The notes under the pieces: generated by a model | Database searches by the model: none | What the model was told of the DNA's origin: nothing | What the model saw: only the letters and a program-made list of their open reading frames with translations | Assembly: GCF_009914755.1 (NCBI RefSeq) | Contig: NC_060927.1 | Length of the DNA stretch: 64,000 nt | Strand: one strand, 5' to 3' | DNA from: the human T2T-CHM13v2.0 reference genome, Homo sapiens | Position numbers and translations under genes: made by a program | Part shown: piece after piece, positions 39,243 through 57,819 of the stretch | How positions within the stretch are numbered: the first letter of the stretch is position 1 | Layout of the letters: every line of letters starts with the position of its first letter

Positions 39243-40254
39243 GCCATTTACTTGTGATTGGCACGTCCAAAGCTGAAACCAGATTCTTCTCCCTGGAAAA
39301 CCTATTTCCTGTTCTTTTCTTTTGTTTTGAAATGGGAGGATGTAAGTGTGATGGGTTCCTTTGACTTTTTGTTCTTCTTCAAAATCTTACTTCAGGTCTT
39401 TTTCTGGGACTCTAAGGCAAACCAGAGAGGTTTGTATCTAACAAGTCATTGGGACATGAGAATAAAGTAGATAAGTCTTTTCGGTCACCCATTTGTGTTA
39501 ATACTTGGGCGTAATACTCTTATTATCCTGGTGTTACAGTAGGAGGAGGCCTCAGGGAATGTTTTTTCAAGCTCTTTGTTGCTTCAAAAGTGAACCAAGG
39601 TCCAGAGATTGGAGTCTCTGCGTTAGTGTGTCTGTCAGTCTTTCCCTGAGAATAAAATAGGGCTTGGTAAAAATTTCTAAGACATGAGCTCTTACACAAA
39701 TATATTTCACCAATTGTGTCAATGTGTGTAAGTTTGGAAGAACTTTTGACTACTCTGAACCAGTTCTGTCTTTAGGGGCCTTAGCGAATTCCTAAAAATG
39801 TTGATTTGGTTGCCCAAACTGAGATGTTTTTAGTTCGTAACAAAAGGTTGCTGAGCAGATCTTAAAGGCAGAATTCCTCCAAGCTCCAGAGCCATGTACT
39901 TGAACAGTATGATCTCAGGCTGTCTTGGAGCAGCTTCATCATTTTTGCCAAGTGTCTAGGGGTAGATTAGGACGTTATAAATCCTCTAAAAACATAAAAA
40001 TGTTAAGTAAATATTTGGCCAAGATGTAAATAGATGGAAGGGATTAAATTAATTTGATGGAGGAAAATTGATTGGCTAGGATTCTAACTGGTAGTGTTTT
40101 AAACTAATTTTCTCATGAAGTTTTATTTGCTGATCCCCTCCCTCATTAGGCATATTCCCTCTATGCTATCTCTTTGTGATTTTTATCATATTATGTGGCC
40201 ATTTTCTGTTTTCGTGTATTTTTCTCAAATCAGACTGGAATCTCTTGAGGGTAG

Positions 40255-40455
<201 letters not shown>

Positions 40456-42125
40456 TAGTAGAGATGGGGTTTCACTGTGTTGATCAGGCTGGTCTTGAAC
40501 TCATGAATTTGGGTGATCTACCTGCCTTGGCCTCCAAAAGTGCTGAGATTACAGGCATGAGCCACCACGCCTGGCCTTGTCTGGCTTTGTACCCTAACAG
40601 TATATATTTAGTAAGTATTTGATTGATGAATACATTGATATACGTATGAAAGGAAAAAATAAACATAACATACACAAACCTGGCGAAATTAATTTTAAAA
40701 ATTAAAAAAAGAGAAGGCACAAATAATATTAGAAATACAAAAGAAGACGTAACTACAGATGCTGTACTATTAAAGAGATAAGAAACTATTAACTTCTTTA
40801 TGCCAATACATTGAAAAATTTAGATGAAATGATTGTTTAGCCCCAATTTTCTTGTGGCCTAGTGGGTCTGCCTGAACTTCCAGGCCTGGCTTTTTCTGGG
40901 CCGACCTGTCTTGTAAAGTTGTCATCTCTCCCCAAATCAATCTGTAGGTATTCCTGTTAAAATCCCATCAGGGTTCATGACTTTCATGAGCTGGAAGAGT
41001 AAAGGGCCAGGATTGGTCAAGAACACTCCTCAAGAGCTAGGCTGGGCAACTTGGCCCCCCCATATCACTAAGGATTAGCACTAGGCATAGATGAGCATAT
41101 AGAAGGCCTGACTATATTTTCTACATGAATCTAAGAAGGGGGCCTCATACTGAAATAAAGACAGGGCCCATAAAGGGGAGCGCTAAAGATGCTAATTTTA
41201 CCATGATCAGGGTTTAAGGGAAATGGCACGTTTTGGCTTTCAGAGGGCAGGAAACTAGGTGCAGTCTTCTTGGCAACCATGAGAGTCACCAGAAAGGCGC
41301 AAAGCTCTAGCACCCTGAAACCTGAATGAAATCAACCCGAAGGCTAGAGCTTCCCTAACCTAGGAATAAAAATATGCCAGTTTATTTCCACCTTATGTCT
41401 TTATCTGGCAGGAAAAACAAGTTTGCCTTTTTTTTTTTTAAATAGCACACCGAATAAGGAGAACAACACAAACTTTTAACAGAATGTCCCTTAAACCAAA
41501 TTCATGTTTTATTTATTTTATTATTTTATTTTAGTTCATTAATTTTATTTTAATTTTTTGAGGTAGGGTCTTGCTTTGTCACCTAGACTGAAGTACAGTG
41601 ATGTGATTGTAGCTCACTTTAGCTTCGAACTCCTGGGCTCAGGCAGTCCTCCCACCTCATCAGCCTCCCAGCAAGCTGGGACTACAGGTGTGGGCCACCA
41701 TGTCCAGCTGAGTTTAAAATTTCAGGTGGGATGATTGTAGTTGTAGTTCACTCTTTGAGATTACTGTCTCACTAAGCAGGCATTGTCTTCTTCTATCCAA
41801 TTGTTACCACACTATATTAGCTGATTTTGCTCCCCTCTGGAAATAGCTAAACATGGTGATGGGGTCTTGCTATGTTGCCCAGGCTGATCTCTAACTCCTG
41901 ACCTCAAGCAGTCCTCCCGTTTCAGCCTCCTGAAGTGCTGGCATTACAGTGTGAGCCAGCCACTGCATCCAGCCCCAGCTATGTTTTAGAAAGAAAGAAA
42001 AACAAAATGATTAACTTGCAAAGACTCATTTTGCTTGTTTAGGTGATGTAGTTGTTAAATATTGCAGGAATTTTAACCTTGTTTTTAAGTTTAAGTAGGA
42101 CTTAATTATTTAGTTAGGTTTTTGA

Positions 42126-42329
<204 letters not shown>

Positions 42330-42561
42330 TAAGCACGCTTGAGGTATTTAACCTAAATTGAAATGCAGACTTATTTTTGAAGTGGAAGAAAAGTGATTTA
42401 ACTTCAAAACATTTCCTGGAAATGCAGTAGTAATTGAGAATTGGCTCTTAGTCAAAATGTAGTTGGAGGCCAGGTGGGGTGGCTCACACCTATAATCCAA
42501 GCACTTTGGGAGGCCAAGGCAGGCGGATCATGAGGTCAGGAGATTGAGACCATCCTGGCTA

Positions 42562-42783
<222 letters not shown>

Positions 42784-43166
42784 TCAGATTACTGTCTCAC
42801 TGAGCAGGCATTGTCTTCTATCCAATTGTTACCACACTAATTATATTAACTGGTTTTGCTCCCCTCTGGAAACAGCTAAACTTGTTTATATAGATACAGA
42901 TGCATATGAAAATGTTACTTCTTTTTATGAATATCAGAATGTAACAGAATTAAATATAGTATTCTAACATGGTAGACTATTTAATGTTGAAAGTTTCCCA
43001 TGATCTCACTCTCTTAGAAGTAACTCCCAATCATATTTCTTCTGTACATATTTGAATATAGTATAGTTGTTTCTTGTGATTATTTCACCAAGATGGAATG
43101 ATTATATATATTGTTGTGAAATTTGCTTGTACCATTTAGGTGTGTTCTTTACATTTTTTTTTTTGA

Positions 43167-43754
<588 letters not shown>

Positions 43755-43899
43755 TGAACTCCTGAGCTCAAGCCCCCTGCCCGCCTTGGCCTCCCAAAGT
43801 GCTGAGATTATAGGCATGAGCTACCATGTCCGGCCCATATTGATTGTATAAATGCACTGTGGAAGTGGTTGTTGGTTATTATCAGTGAAATCTCTATTC

Positions 43900-44820
43900 T
43901 CTGCTCTGTTCAGAGCCTTTCTTCACCCCCGACTCTTAAACAAAACATGGCTGCCTCCTGAGAACTCTGCTGCTTCTTTAACCCTTTCAAGCGATGGTGG
44001 CTGTTTTTTTTGCTGCCACATACCACTGGGCCTGGGGGTGGGGTGGATGTCTTCCTTGATCACATTTATGGCTTCCAGACCACCTTTCCCTGCCAAGGGT
44101 GACTGGGGAAATTAGTAGATAATTGCAACAGAGGACAAGCAGCAGCCTCAAAGGAGTTGAGGCTTTTTGGAAAAGGGGGAAAGGTTTCAGCACCTGGTTT
44201 ACTGATTTTCTCTCTACCATAACTCTTGCTGTCATTCTTAACATCCATATAGACAGTTCATCCAAAACCCTGGTCTCTTGGTTCTTTGATTTCTTCACTT
44301 TGATGCTTAGGTTATTGTAGTGATATATCATAGACTGTAAGCTGAGTAAGGAGAGAATATACGTATATAAGAGCAGTGATGGCTGGTGAAAAGTTTTGTG
44401 GGCAAGAAATAGAAGTCTCCGTGAAGTCAAAGAATAGTTGGATTGGGGTGAAACTGGAAAGATAAGGGTTGGTGGTCAGAAAGTGGAATAGGCTGGGCGC
44501 GGTGGCTCAGGCCTGTAATTCCAGCACTTTCGGAGGCTGAGGCGGGCGGATCACGAGGTCAGGAGATCGAGACCATCCTGGCCAACATGGTGAAACCCAT
44601 CTCTACTAAAAATACAAAAATTAGCTGGGTGTGGTGGCTCGTGCCTGTAATCCTAGCTACTCAGGAGGCTGAGGCAGGAGAATGGCTTGAACCAGGGAGT
44701 CAAAGGTTGCAGTGAGCCAAGATCGTGCCACTGCACTCCAGCCTGGAGGCAGAGTGAGAGTCTGTCTCAAAAAAAAAAAAAGCGGAATATTTGGAAATAA
44801 GATTTTTGTAGGTAGGTACA
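43900..44820. mobile_element. L2 ORF2 endonuclease-region relic, internally rearranged, with an Alu insertion (~44491-44781)
   Basis: Translations KTWLPPENSAAS...GGCFF, SFEA, VILNIHID and IPLSDH resemble L2 APE endonuclease motifs; pieces lie on both strands. Confidence 0.7.
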
Positions 44821-45752
44821 GTATGTTTTTCTTCTTGTGTATTAATTATATTTTTATTGATGATAGAAATCTCATATACCCAAAAGGATGGGATTAAAAA
44901 CTAATTACATAAAATACTTAAAAATGCAACACAAGTGCCTGTTTTATTTCTCTGTTCTCATACCATAAATGAGAATTTGTAAAACACATTATTTCTTTTA
45001 AATTGCAAAGACTATTCCTGCAGTAATTTATGAGATTTATTTGCTAAGAAGTCTTTACTAATCTGTGGGCAGAGGTGTGGCAAGTCACTTATCAAGATAT
45101 ATTATAACAGTGAGAAAATCCAAAGAAAGGATTGTGCTGCAGCTCCTTATCCAGTTTCTCTTTCATCCTGGACATCTGGAGTGTTTTCTGCTAATAGTAA
45201 ATGAACTTTGTTTCATTACCTGTATGAGGTTTGACGTCATCGAAATAGCCTGTGTCTTGTTTTCAGCCTGATCTGTGCCACTCTGACAGTGTTGCAAAGA
45301 TGGTCTGCTGTGCCACGCCTGAGCAGTTAGCTGTTCACAGCCTGGCGGCACACACCTTTACCACATACTTTTCCCATAGCAAACCAAACTTTATTAACAA
45401 CAATGTTAGGATTTGTAAATAGTATTTTAAAAGAGATTATTGGTTACGTGCTTCTGGTTTTTAAAATTCCTGGAGAAATCATATGCTGTGATCAACCATA
45501 GCGCTGTTTTTTTTTTAATAGCAGGAAATGTATATAAGTCTATTACTGCACTTACTCATTTACATGTATGTCTCACCAGATTTAGAACTTCTCGATGTTT
45601 AGGACCTTATCTTGTCTTAATATCCCCAGGGTCGGCTGGGCACCGTGGCTCAAGCCTGTAATCCCAGCACTTTGGGAGACTGAGGCAGGTGGATCACGAG
45701 GTCAGGCGTTTGAGACCAGCCTTGCCAACATGGTGAAACCTTGTCTCTACTA

Positions 45753-45890
<138 letters not shown>

Positions 45891-47534
45891 CTAGGTGACA
45901 GAGCAAGACTCTGTCTCAAAATAAATAAATAAAAAATAAATAAATAAATATCCCCAGGGTCTATCATAGTTCCTAGCATGTAGTAAATGCTCATTTTGTG
46001 TTTTTTAAAATTTTATTTTTTATTTTTATTTTTATGTTTTTTGAGACAGAGTCTCGCTCTGCTGCCCAGGCTGGAGTGCAGTGGCGCAGTCTTGGCTCAC
46101 TGCAAGCTCCGCCTCCCGGGTTCACGCCGTTCTCCTGCCTCAGCCTCCTGAGTAACTGGGACTACAGGCGCCCGCCACCACTCCCGGCTAACGTTTTTGT
46201 ATTTTTAGTAGAGATGGGGTTTCACTTATTAGCCACGATGGTCTCGATCTCCTGACCTCATGATCTGCCCACCTCGGCCTCCCAAAGTGCTGGGATTACA
46301 GGCGTGAGCCACTGCACCCGGCCAATTTTGTTTATTTTTTTAGAGATAAGAGTCTTGCTCTGGCACCCAGGTGGGAGAAGAGTGCCATGATTATAGCTCA
46401 CTGCAGCCTCGAACTCCTGGGCTCGAACTGTCCTCCTACTTTAGCCTCCTGGGTAGCTAGGACTATAGGCGTGTGCCACCTATGTCCAGCTAATTTTTTT
46501 ATCCAGGCTGGTCTCGAACTCCTGGCCTCAAGCAGTCCTCCCGCCTTGGCTTCCTAAAGTGCTGGGATTACAGGCGTGAGCCTTGTACCCAGCCTCATTT
46601 CATGTTTGATACTGAGTGAATTATTGAATTCATGAAATGGGCCATTCCATTTGGAGGTGGCTGGTTTTGTTTGGAAGTTTTTAATTATATTGAGCAGAGA
46701 TCTAACTTCCTCTAACTTCTAAACAGTAAGCTTTTCATATGCTTTATGTACCACTCAGAATCATCATAATCCCTTTTCTTTGTACAGTTGTTTAGATACT
46801 TGAAAGCAGTTATTGGGTCTCATCAATATTTGTTTCAGTTGTCACTTGTGTGACTTTGTTTTATGTTCCTTTGCCATTCAGGTTGTATTCTTTGGTATAC
46901 TCCAGTTTATCTATATTCCTTTTAAAATAACCTTTTTAGAACTGAACCTAAAACTCCAGGTATGGTGTAACCAATATAAAGTAGGTGAGGACTATTAACG
47001 TATGTCCTAGGTTTAATTATAACTCTTAGTTCTTTGCAGGACTCTTAAGATGTTTGTTGTGTTAGGTATCTAAAGTAATTTAACGAATAAGGGAGGATTT
47101 TTGCGGCTGCCTTCAAACTTGGGGTTAATCTTATTTCTGGATCAAAGCACAAATGTTTTTCTTACACACCCTGAATCTCTTCATCACAGCACATTACCTG
47201 ACAAAGAGGTGGGTGGATGCTGCTCTTGTTGAAGCACTTTCTTCCACGTTTGTTCAGTTGTCAGGACGACCCTTAGCCAACTTCCTAAAAGCCGTGATTG
47301 TGAACTTTGCTTTTTTTTTTTAGGTACAAGATAGTGGTGACTAGATATGTGCTAGGCTCAGGGCGTGATAAAGGGACTGTGAAGATGAGCACGGGGCCTT
47401 GGCTTTGGGAAACCAAAAAGGTCTTCCTGCCCTTGGTGTGTGTGAAACTGGAGCGGGCCAGCTCGCCAGAGGAATCCTAGTGAGCCTCTTCCAAACCTTC
47501 GTATCTGTTTTATTTCACTCAAATGTAGAACTCT

Positions 47535-47950
47535 CTAGAGCAGCATTGTCCAATAGAAATATACTGTGAGCCACATCTGTAATTTGAAATTTTCGAGTAG
47601 CCACATTAGAGAAGTAAGTACCCAGAAGAAGTGATTTGACATTCCATGCCCTGCACAGTCGGACAATGCCCAGTCATATTACTGTGCGTATTGGGGAGAG
47701 TGGTCTGGGAACTGAGGTCTGTCACCTTGGGGACATGGACTAGCACACAGTGGCTAAAGCATGGCCCTGGAGCCTATTGCTTGAGTTTGAATTCTGGTTC
47801 CATTGCTTATTTGCTGTGTGACCTTGGCAAGTTAGTTATTCAGCCTCACTGTGTCTCAGAGGGGCTATTTCATAGAGTGGTTGTAAGGATTGGGTAAGTT
47901 AATAGTTCTAAAGGGCTTAGAACACTGATTGGGTCATAGCAAACAGTGAA
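47535..47950. mobile_element. MER33-like fragment (~47535-47610) and MIR (~47745-47950)
   Basis: cagcattgtccaatagaaatatactgtgagccac; gtttgaattctggttccattgcttatttgctgtgtgaccttggcaagtta. Confidence 0.75.
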
Positions 47951-50166
47951 ACGTAGGAATGCAGTGTTTGCTGCTACTGCTGTTGTGAGGAACAGAGATG
48001 TTCATTCCGAAAAGACTTGAGGGAATGCTTTGGTTCTTTTAAAGGGCTTTCATGTGGAGGAAGAATTTACTCCTTGTGATTCCAAATGGCATATCTAGAA
48101 TTAACATGCAGGAGGTAGAAGAAGTCATTTTGTAATAGAGCTGTTCAGAAATGTAACACAGGGTCTCATGCAGTGGTGAGTTCAGGGTCACTCAGAGTGA
48201 TGCTAAAAGAATGATTGGCCATATGAATAAATTAGTCGAGCAGGGAGCTGTACTCCATTCTGTGTTTCTAATAAAGCCATTTTTGTTTAATCCCCATAGT
48301 CTTATGGTTTTTCCCTCTTGGTGTCAATGGTTTATTTCACCTTCTATGAGGAATCTAGAAGTATTGAAGTTTGTTCGGGGGAGGCAGTCCTTTATTGTGT
48401 GAAGTAACGTCTTTTGAAGTATACCATTTCCATAAATAGTGTTGTTGTAGGTCTTAGATTCTTTTTTTGCTTCTAAAAATATGGTTATGGAGGAATTTCC
48501 TGTTAAAAAGCATTGTTCATTTTTCCTGACTTTGTGCTGTTTGTCTGTCTTCTCTGGCAGCAGTCTTTCCTGTCTATTCACTAAAGGTTAGGCCATGTAC
48601 ATAAATTGAGAAACATACCTAATTTATCATAGTCATTGTGAGAGAAGTTCAGCATTCAGTGTGATTGAGGCATATTGCAAATGAATTTAGACTTACCATT
48701 TAGCTTTACTGGAATTTAAATGACCAAACTTCACATCAGTAGAATTTCCATTAATTGACTCAAGTCCACCATGCCTCTAGGCTCCACTGTATCTCTGGCT
48801 GTGGGTCCCGTTTCAGACTAAGTCTGCCTTCTCCTTTGACCCCAAGTGTGAATCTATACCAACGTCACAGCTGCTTCTCTTAGCTCCTTTGCAGCTGATT
48901 TCTTCCATCCAGGGCACTCTAGTTTTCTTTGCTTTCTTTTCTCTTTGGTTTATAAGGTATTTATTAATTTCTCTGCTTTCTAGGCTCCCCTCATATCTCA
49001 GGGATTTTTCCTGTCCTGGGCTCCGTTGTTAGCTGCTGGCTCTGTGCTCGTTAATTCACATCTGTTACACTCTTTTCAGGTCGTGTTCTTGAACTCTGCA
49101 CTCACTCAATTCAGTTTTCCAAAAACACTGTCTGTTGAGTTTCTTTCTCCTTGTCATTTTCTTTTTTTTTTTGAGATGGAGTCTTGCTCTGTCTCAGGCT
49201 GGAGTGCAGTGGTGTGATCTCAGCTCACTGCTGCCTCCGCCCCCCGGGTTCAAGCGATTGTCGTGGCCTCTCAAAGTGCTGGGATTACAGGCATGAGCCA
49301 CCGCACCCAGCCTCCTTGTAATTTTGATATCTTCTCTCATTACTAATTCTAAGCCAGTATTCATAACAAATGTTTTCATTTTAAAAGCATTCTCTCTCTT
49401 CCCTATGCACTTAAACCATATTGTTTTGAGTACTTAATGATATATCAATTAAATTTCTAAATTTTTTTATTATGGAAAATTTCAGACATATGTGGAAGTA
49501 AAGAACATAATGAACCCTCATGTGCCCATCACCAGTTATTAACAATTTGCTCTTTTCCATCAATTCCCGCCCCTCCTTTTTTCTTCCTTCACAAATTACA
49601 TTGTGCTGAGAATTCTCCAATCCAGTTAGCATGCACACACATTCCTTTCTGCCCACTAAAATCAGTCATAGTCACTATTCAGGGAAGGTCATATTGTGAA
49701 CATATGATCTTTCTTTAAGTCTTCTTAGCAGAGAGTTTCAAATAAATTGTCTCAGTTGAGCATGTTCATGATTCATTTTGTTTCTGCCTCAGTGGAGGAA
49801 TAAATACAAGGGTTTAGGGTAGGGAGCATACCTCATGGCCTGTATCTGTCAAATGCCAATTAAAGATCCTCGCTCTCTAGTGACATTCATCAGATCAACC
49901 TAGTTCCCTCGTCTGTGAAAATGACATTGGATTATATGGTCTAAGTTTACTCTAGCTGTTAGCGTTCAATAATTGAAAGTTTAATAGAGGTTTGAGTTGA
50001 GTTTTTTCTTTTAAAATTTATCATTTTAGCAAAATTCGGCATGTTGATTTAGTTTTAAACGAGGAAATCTAAATGATTCTCAGAAGACAGTGAATTTCTG
50101 ATTTATGCATTATCAGGAAACTTTTCCTGTGTAGGATGAGAGAGTGAACATGGATGAACGTGTTAA

Positions 50167-50301
<135 letters not shown>

Positions 50302-50347
50302 TAACAAAACATTGCTCCCTAGTTTTGAAGTCTCTTTTTACCAGCTA

Positions 50348-50769
50348 CAATTGATCCTTGAATAGCATGGCGGTTAAGGACCCCCTCGCATTAAAAAATT
50401 CACATACAACTTTCGACTCCCCCAAAACTTAACTATTAATAGCTTACTGTTGACTGCAAGCCTTACGAATAATGTAAACAGTCAATTAACACATATTTTG
50501 TATCTTATATATATTATGGACTATATTCTTACAATAAAGTAAGCTGGAGAAAAGAACTGTTATTAAGAAAATTATAAGGAATAGAAAATATATTTATTAT
50601 TCATTAAATGGAAGTGGATCATCCTAAAGATCTTTATCCTCGCCATCTTCACATTGAGTAGGCTGAGGAAGAGGAGGGATTGGTCTTGCTGCCTCAGGTG
50701 GCAGAGGTGGAAGAAAATCCGTGTATAAGCAGATCTGTGCAGTTCAAACCCATGTTCAAAGGTCAGCTG
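50348..50769. mobile_element. Tigger2a (MER28)-like DNA transposon
   Basis: TA|CAATTGATCCTTGAA...TTCAAAGGTCAGCTG|TA degenerate TIRs with TA TSD; internal gactcccccaaaacttaactattaatagc. Confidence 0.8.
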
Positions 50770-51863
50770 TATTCAAAGTGGGAGTGTTAGGTCTTCTGCA
50801 AGAAGTGGCTAAGAATAGTGGGGGGAAGAGGTACTATTTCTGAGTATGTTTATGCTTACTGCTACAACACTACTTTGTCCTCTGATGCAACCATCAGAGA
50901 GAGAGAGAATCACTTTAGAGGACAATGCATATCCTTTAAAAAGATGAACAAAGTGGTCAGATAATCAGAACACATGAATCTTTGATCAGACCTCACCATC
51001 AATGTGTTTCTTGGGGCTAAGTTACTGAAATCTTTTTTAAATCTGTTTACTTTTCTATAAAGTGGGGCAAATAATAATGTTTGTCTGTAAAGACAGAAAT
51101 GAACGTGTTTTGGAAATGATAAAGTACTATACAAGATTATAATGCTTTTGTATTGTAAGAAATCCTTTAATGATAAATGTAGCCATGTGGTTTATGGTGC
51201 AGCCATTGTAAATTATATCTTATGAAGTGTTGTCTTTCCACGGGGAGAACTGCCCTTATAAGAAGTGAAACACAGAGTACAGGCATACTTTGTTTCATTG
51301 CACTTTGCTTATTGCTCTCAGTAGATACTTGATTTTTAAAAAAATTGAAGATTTGTGGCAACCCTCTGTCAGACAACTCTGTGAGTACCATTTTTCCAAC
51401 ATCATGTGCTCATTTTTGTCTCTCTGTCACATTTTGGTAATTCCTGAAATATTTCAAACTTTTTTTTTTATTAAATCTGTTTTGATGATCCTGTGATCAG
51501 TGGTCTTTGATGTTACTATTATTTTGGGGCACGACAAACCATGCTCATAGGAGGATGAAAGTAATTGATCAGTGTTTTGTGGATTCTGACTGTTCCAGCA
51601 ACCAGTCATTCCCCATCTCATTCCCTCTTTTGGGGCCTTCCTATCCTCTGAGAACAACAATATTGAAATTAGGCCAATTAATAACCTTATAATAAATAGT
51701 TTCCAAGTGTTGAAGTAGAAGGAAGAGTCACACATCTCTCACCTTAAATTAAAAGCTAGAAAGGATTAAGCTTAGTGAAAAAAGCATGTTGAAAGCCAAG
51801 ATAGGCTAAAAGCGAGGCCTCTGTGCCAAACAGCCAAGTTGTAAATGCAAAGGAAAAGTTCTT

Positions 51864-53890
<2,027 letters not shown>

Positions 53891-54950
53891 GAAAAGTTCT
53901 TAAAGGAAATTAAAAGTGCTACTCCAGTGAACACACAAATGATAAGAAAGCAAAACAGCCTTCTTGCTGATTTGGAGAAAGTCTCAGTGATCTGTATAGA
54001 AGATCATACCAGCCATAACATTCCCTTAAGCCAAATGCTATTCTAGGGCAAGGCCCTAGCTCTTCAATTCTGTCAAGACTGAGAGGGGTGAGGAAGCTTC
54101 AGAGGAAAAGTATGAAGCTAGCAGATGTTGGTTCGTGAGGTTTAAGGAAGGATGCCGTCTCCATAACATACAGTTGCAAGGTGAAGCAGCAAGTGCTGAT
54201 GGAGAAGCTGCAGCAAGTTATCCAGAAGATCCAGCTAAGATCATTGATGAAGGTGGCTACACCAAACAACATATTTTCACTGTAGGTGAAACAGGCTTCT
54301 GTTGGAAGAAGATGCCATCTAGGACTTTCATAGCTAGAGAGGAGAAGTCAATGCCTGGCTTCAGAACATAGGATTGACTTCTTGTTAGGGGCTGGTGACT
54401 TTATTTATTTTTATTTTTATTTTTTTGAGATAGAGTCTTGGTCTGTGACCCACGCTGAAGTATAGTGGCGTGATCTCGGCTCACTGCAACCTTTGTATCC
54501 TGGGTTCAAGCAATCCTCCCACCTCAGCCTCCCAAGTAGCTAGGATTACAGACCCCTGCCACCACGCGCGGATAATTTTTGTATTTTTAGTAGAAATAGG
54601 GTTTCACCGTGTTGTCCTGGCTGGTCTCAAACTCCTGAACTCAAGTGATCCACCCGCCTCAGCCTCCCAAAGTGCTGGAATTACAGGCATGAGCCACTGT
54701 GCTTGGCCACAGCTGGTAACTTTAAATTGAAACCAGCGCTTATTTACCATCCAGTAAATCCTAGGGCCCTTAATAATGATGCTAAATCTACTCTGCCTCT
54801 GCTTTATAAATGGAACAAAAAAGCCTGGGTGACAACACATCTGTTTATAGCATGGTTTACTGAAAATTTTAAGCCCACTGTTGAGACCAACTGCTCAGAG
54901 AAAAGGATTCCTTTCAAAATATTGTTGCTCATTGATAATTCACCTGGTCA

Positions 54951-55343
<393 letters not shown>

Positions 55344-57405
55344 TCAAGGAGTAATTTCAACATTCAAGTCTTACTGTTTTAAGAAATATATTTTGTGGCC
55401 AGGCACAGTGGCTCATGCCTGTAATCCCAGCCCTTTGGGAGGCCAAGGAGGAAGGATTGTGTGAGCCCAGGAGTTTGAGACCAGCCTGGGCAACATAATA
55501 AGACCTCATCTCTACAAAAAAAAAAAAAAATTAGCTGGACATGGTGGCGCTTGCCTGTAGACCCAGCTACTTGGGAGGCTGAGGTAGGAGAATCAGCTTC
55601 ATGGTCCCAGGAGGTTGAGGCTGCTGTGAGCCACGATCAAGCCACTGCCCTCCAGCTTGGGTGAGAGAGCAAGCCCCATGTCAAAAAATAAAAAATAAAA
55701 AAAAGGAAAAAAATATATTTTGTAAGGCTATGGATGCCATAAATAGTGATTTATCAGATGGATTTGGTCAAAGTAAATTGAAAACCTTCTGGAAAGGACT
55801 AACCATTCTAGATGCCATTGAGAACATTTGTGATTCATGAGAGGAGGTCAGAGTAGCAACATTAACAGGAGTTTGGAAGAAGTTGATTCCAACCTTCGTG
55901 GATGACTTAAGTTCAAGACTTCAGCGGAGGAATTAGCTGCAGGTATGGTGGAAATAGCAGGAGTACAAGAATTAGAAGTAGAGCCTGACAGTGTGACTGA
56001 ATTGCTGCAGTTTTATGATTAAACTTTAATGCATGAGGATTTGCTTCTTACGGATAAGCAAAGTAAGTGGCTTCTTGAGATGGCATCCACTCCTGGTGAT
56101 GATGCTGTGAACACTGTTGAAATTGACAACAAAGGATTTAGAATATTACATAAACTTACTTAATAAAGCAGCTACAGGGTTTGAGAAGATTGACTCCAAT
56201 TTTGAAAGAACTTCTCTTGTGGATAAAACACTGTCAAACAGCATTGAATGCTACAGAGAAATCTTTCATAAAAGGAAGTCAGTCGAGGCAGCAGAATTCA
56301 TTGTTGTCTTGTTTTAAGAAATTGCCGTAGCCACCCAAACCTTCAACAAACAGCCATCAGCATCAAGGCAAGACCCTCCACCAACAAAGAGATTACAGTT
56401 CACTCAAGGCTCAAGGTGATCATTAGCACTTTTTAGCAAGAAAGTATTTTTAAATTAAGTTATGTAGATTATTTTGTTAAACATAATGCTGTTACATACT
56501 TAATAGATGACAGCATAGTATAAACATAATTTTTATAAGCACTGGGAAACAGATTCATTGTGAGTTGCTTTATTGCAGTATTCACTTCATTGCAGTAGTC
56601 TAGAATTGAATCTGCAATTATCTCTGAGGTATGTTTGTATAAAACTGTATGTACATGAAGTCAACCACGATCTTTGAAAGGTAGAAAAATAAAACAAAAG
56701 AAATATACCAAAAAGTTGGAGCAACTGAAATAATGACATTGTGAACTATTTCTCATGCCCTGTTTTTGGTTGGTTTTCTCAAATATTTTTGCAATTTTAT
56801 ATAAATAAACGTTTATTTTTTATTTTTTTGAGACAGAGTCTCACTGTTGCCCAGGCTAGAGTGTGGTGGCGTGATCACGGCTCACTGCATCCTTGACCTC
56901 CCCCGGCTCAGGTGATCCTCTTATCTCAGCGTCCCAGGTAGCTGGACCACAAGCGCATGCCACTACACTCAGTTAATTTTTTTATTTTTTGTAGAGATGG
57001 AGTTTTTTTTCCACTGTGTTGCCCAGGCTGGTCTCAAACTCCTGGACTAAAACAATCTACCCTCCTCAGCCTCCCAAAGTGCTGGCATTAGAGGCGTGAA
57101 CCACCTTGCCTGGCCCATATTCAATTTTTATAATGGAAAGACCATTTCTTAGTGTTCCCTTAGACCCTTTTTATAGTATTATAGTTTTGTGTACATTTTC
57201 TCTACATGTGACATAATCCTGATACTGTACATCTCCAAAGCACCCTTACTTTGTGGTTTATCACATTGTTCCCACTAATGGCTTCCAAAACTGGGCTAAC
57301 TGAAGCTGAGTATATCTGTAGAATTCCTTTTTCATTCCCTTTCTTCTACAAATGGACCTCTTTCAAGCTTAAGCCATGCTGAAATTTCTCTTCCATTGGT
57401 GATAG

Positions 57406-57819
<414 letters not shown>

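Noticed and set aside
41505-41535. Other TTTTA/TAAAA tracts (here, ~17460-17480 and ~6507-6530) as the FAME4 repeat
   Set aside because: They are shorter, outside intron 1 or in the opposite orientation; 25668-25702 fits better.
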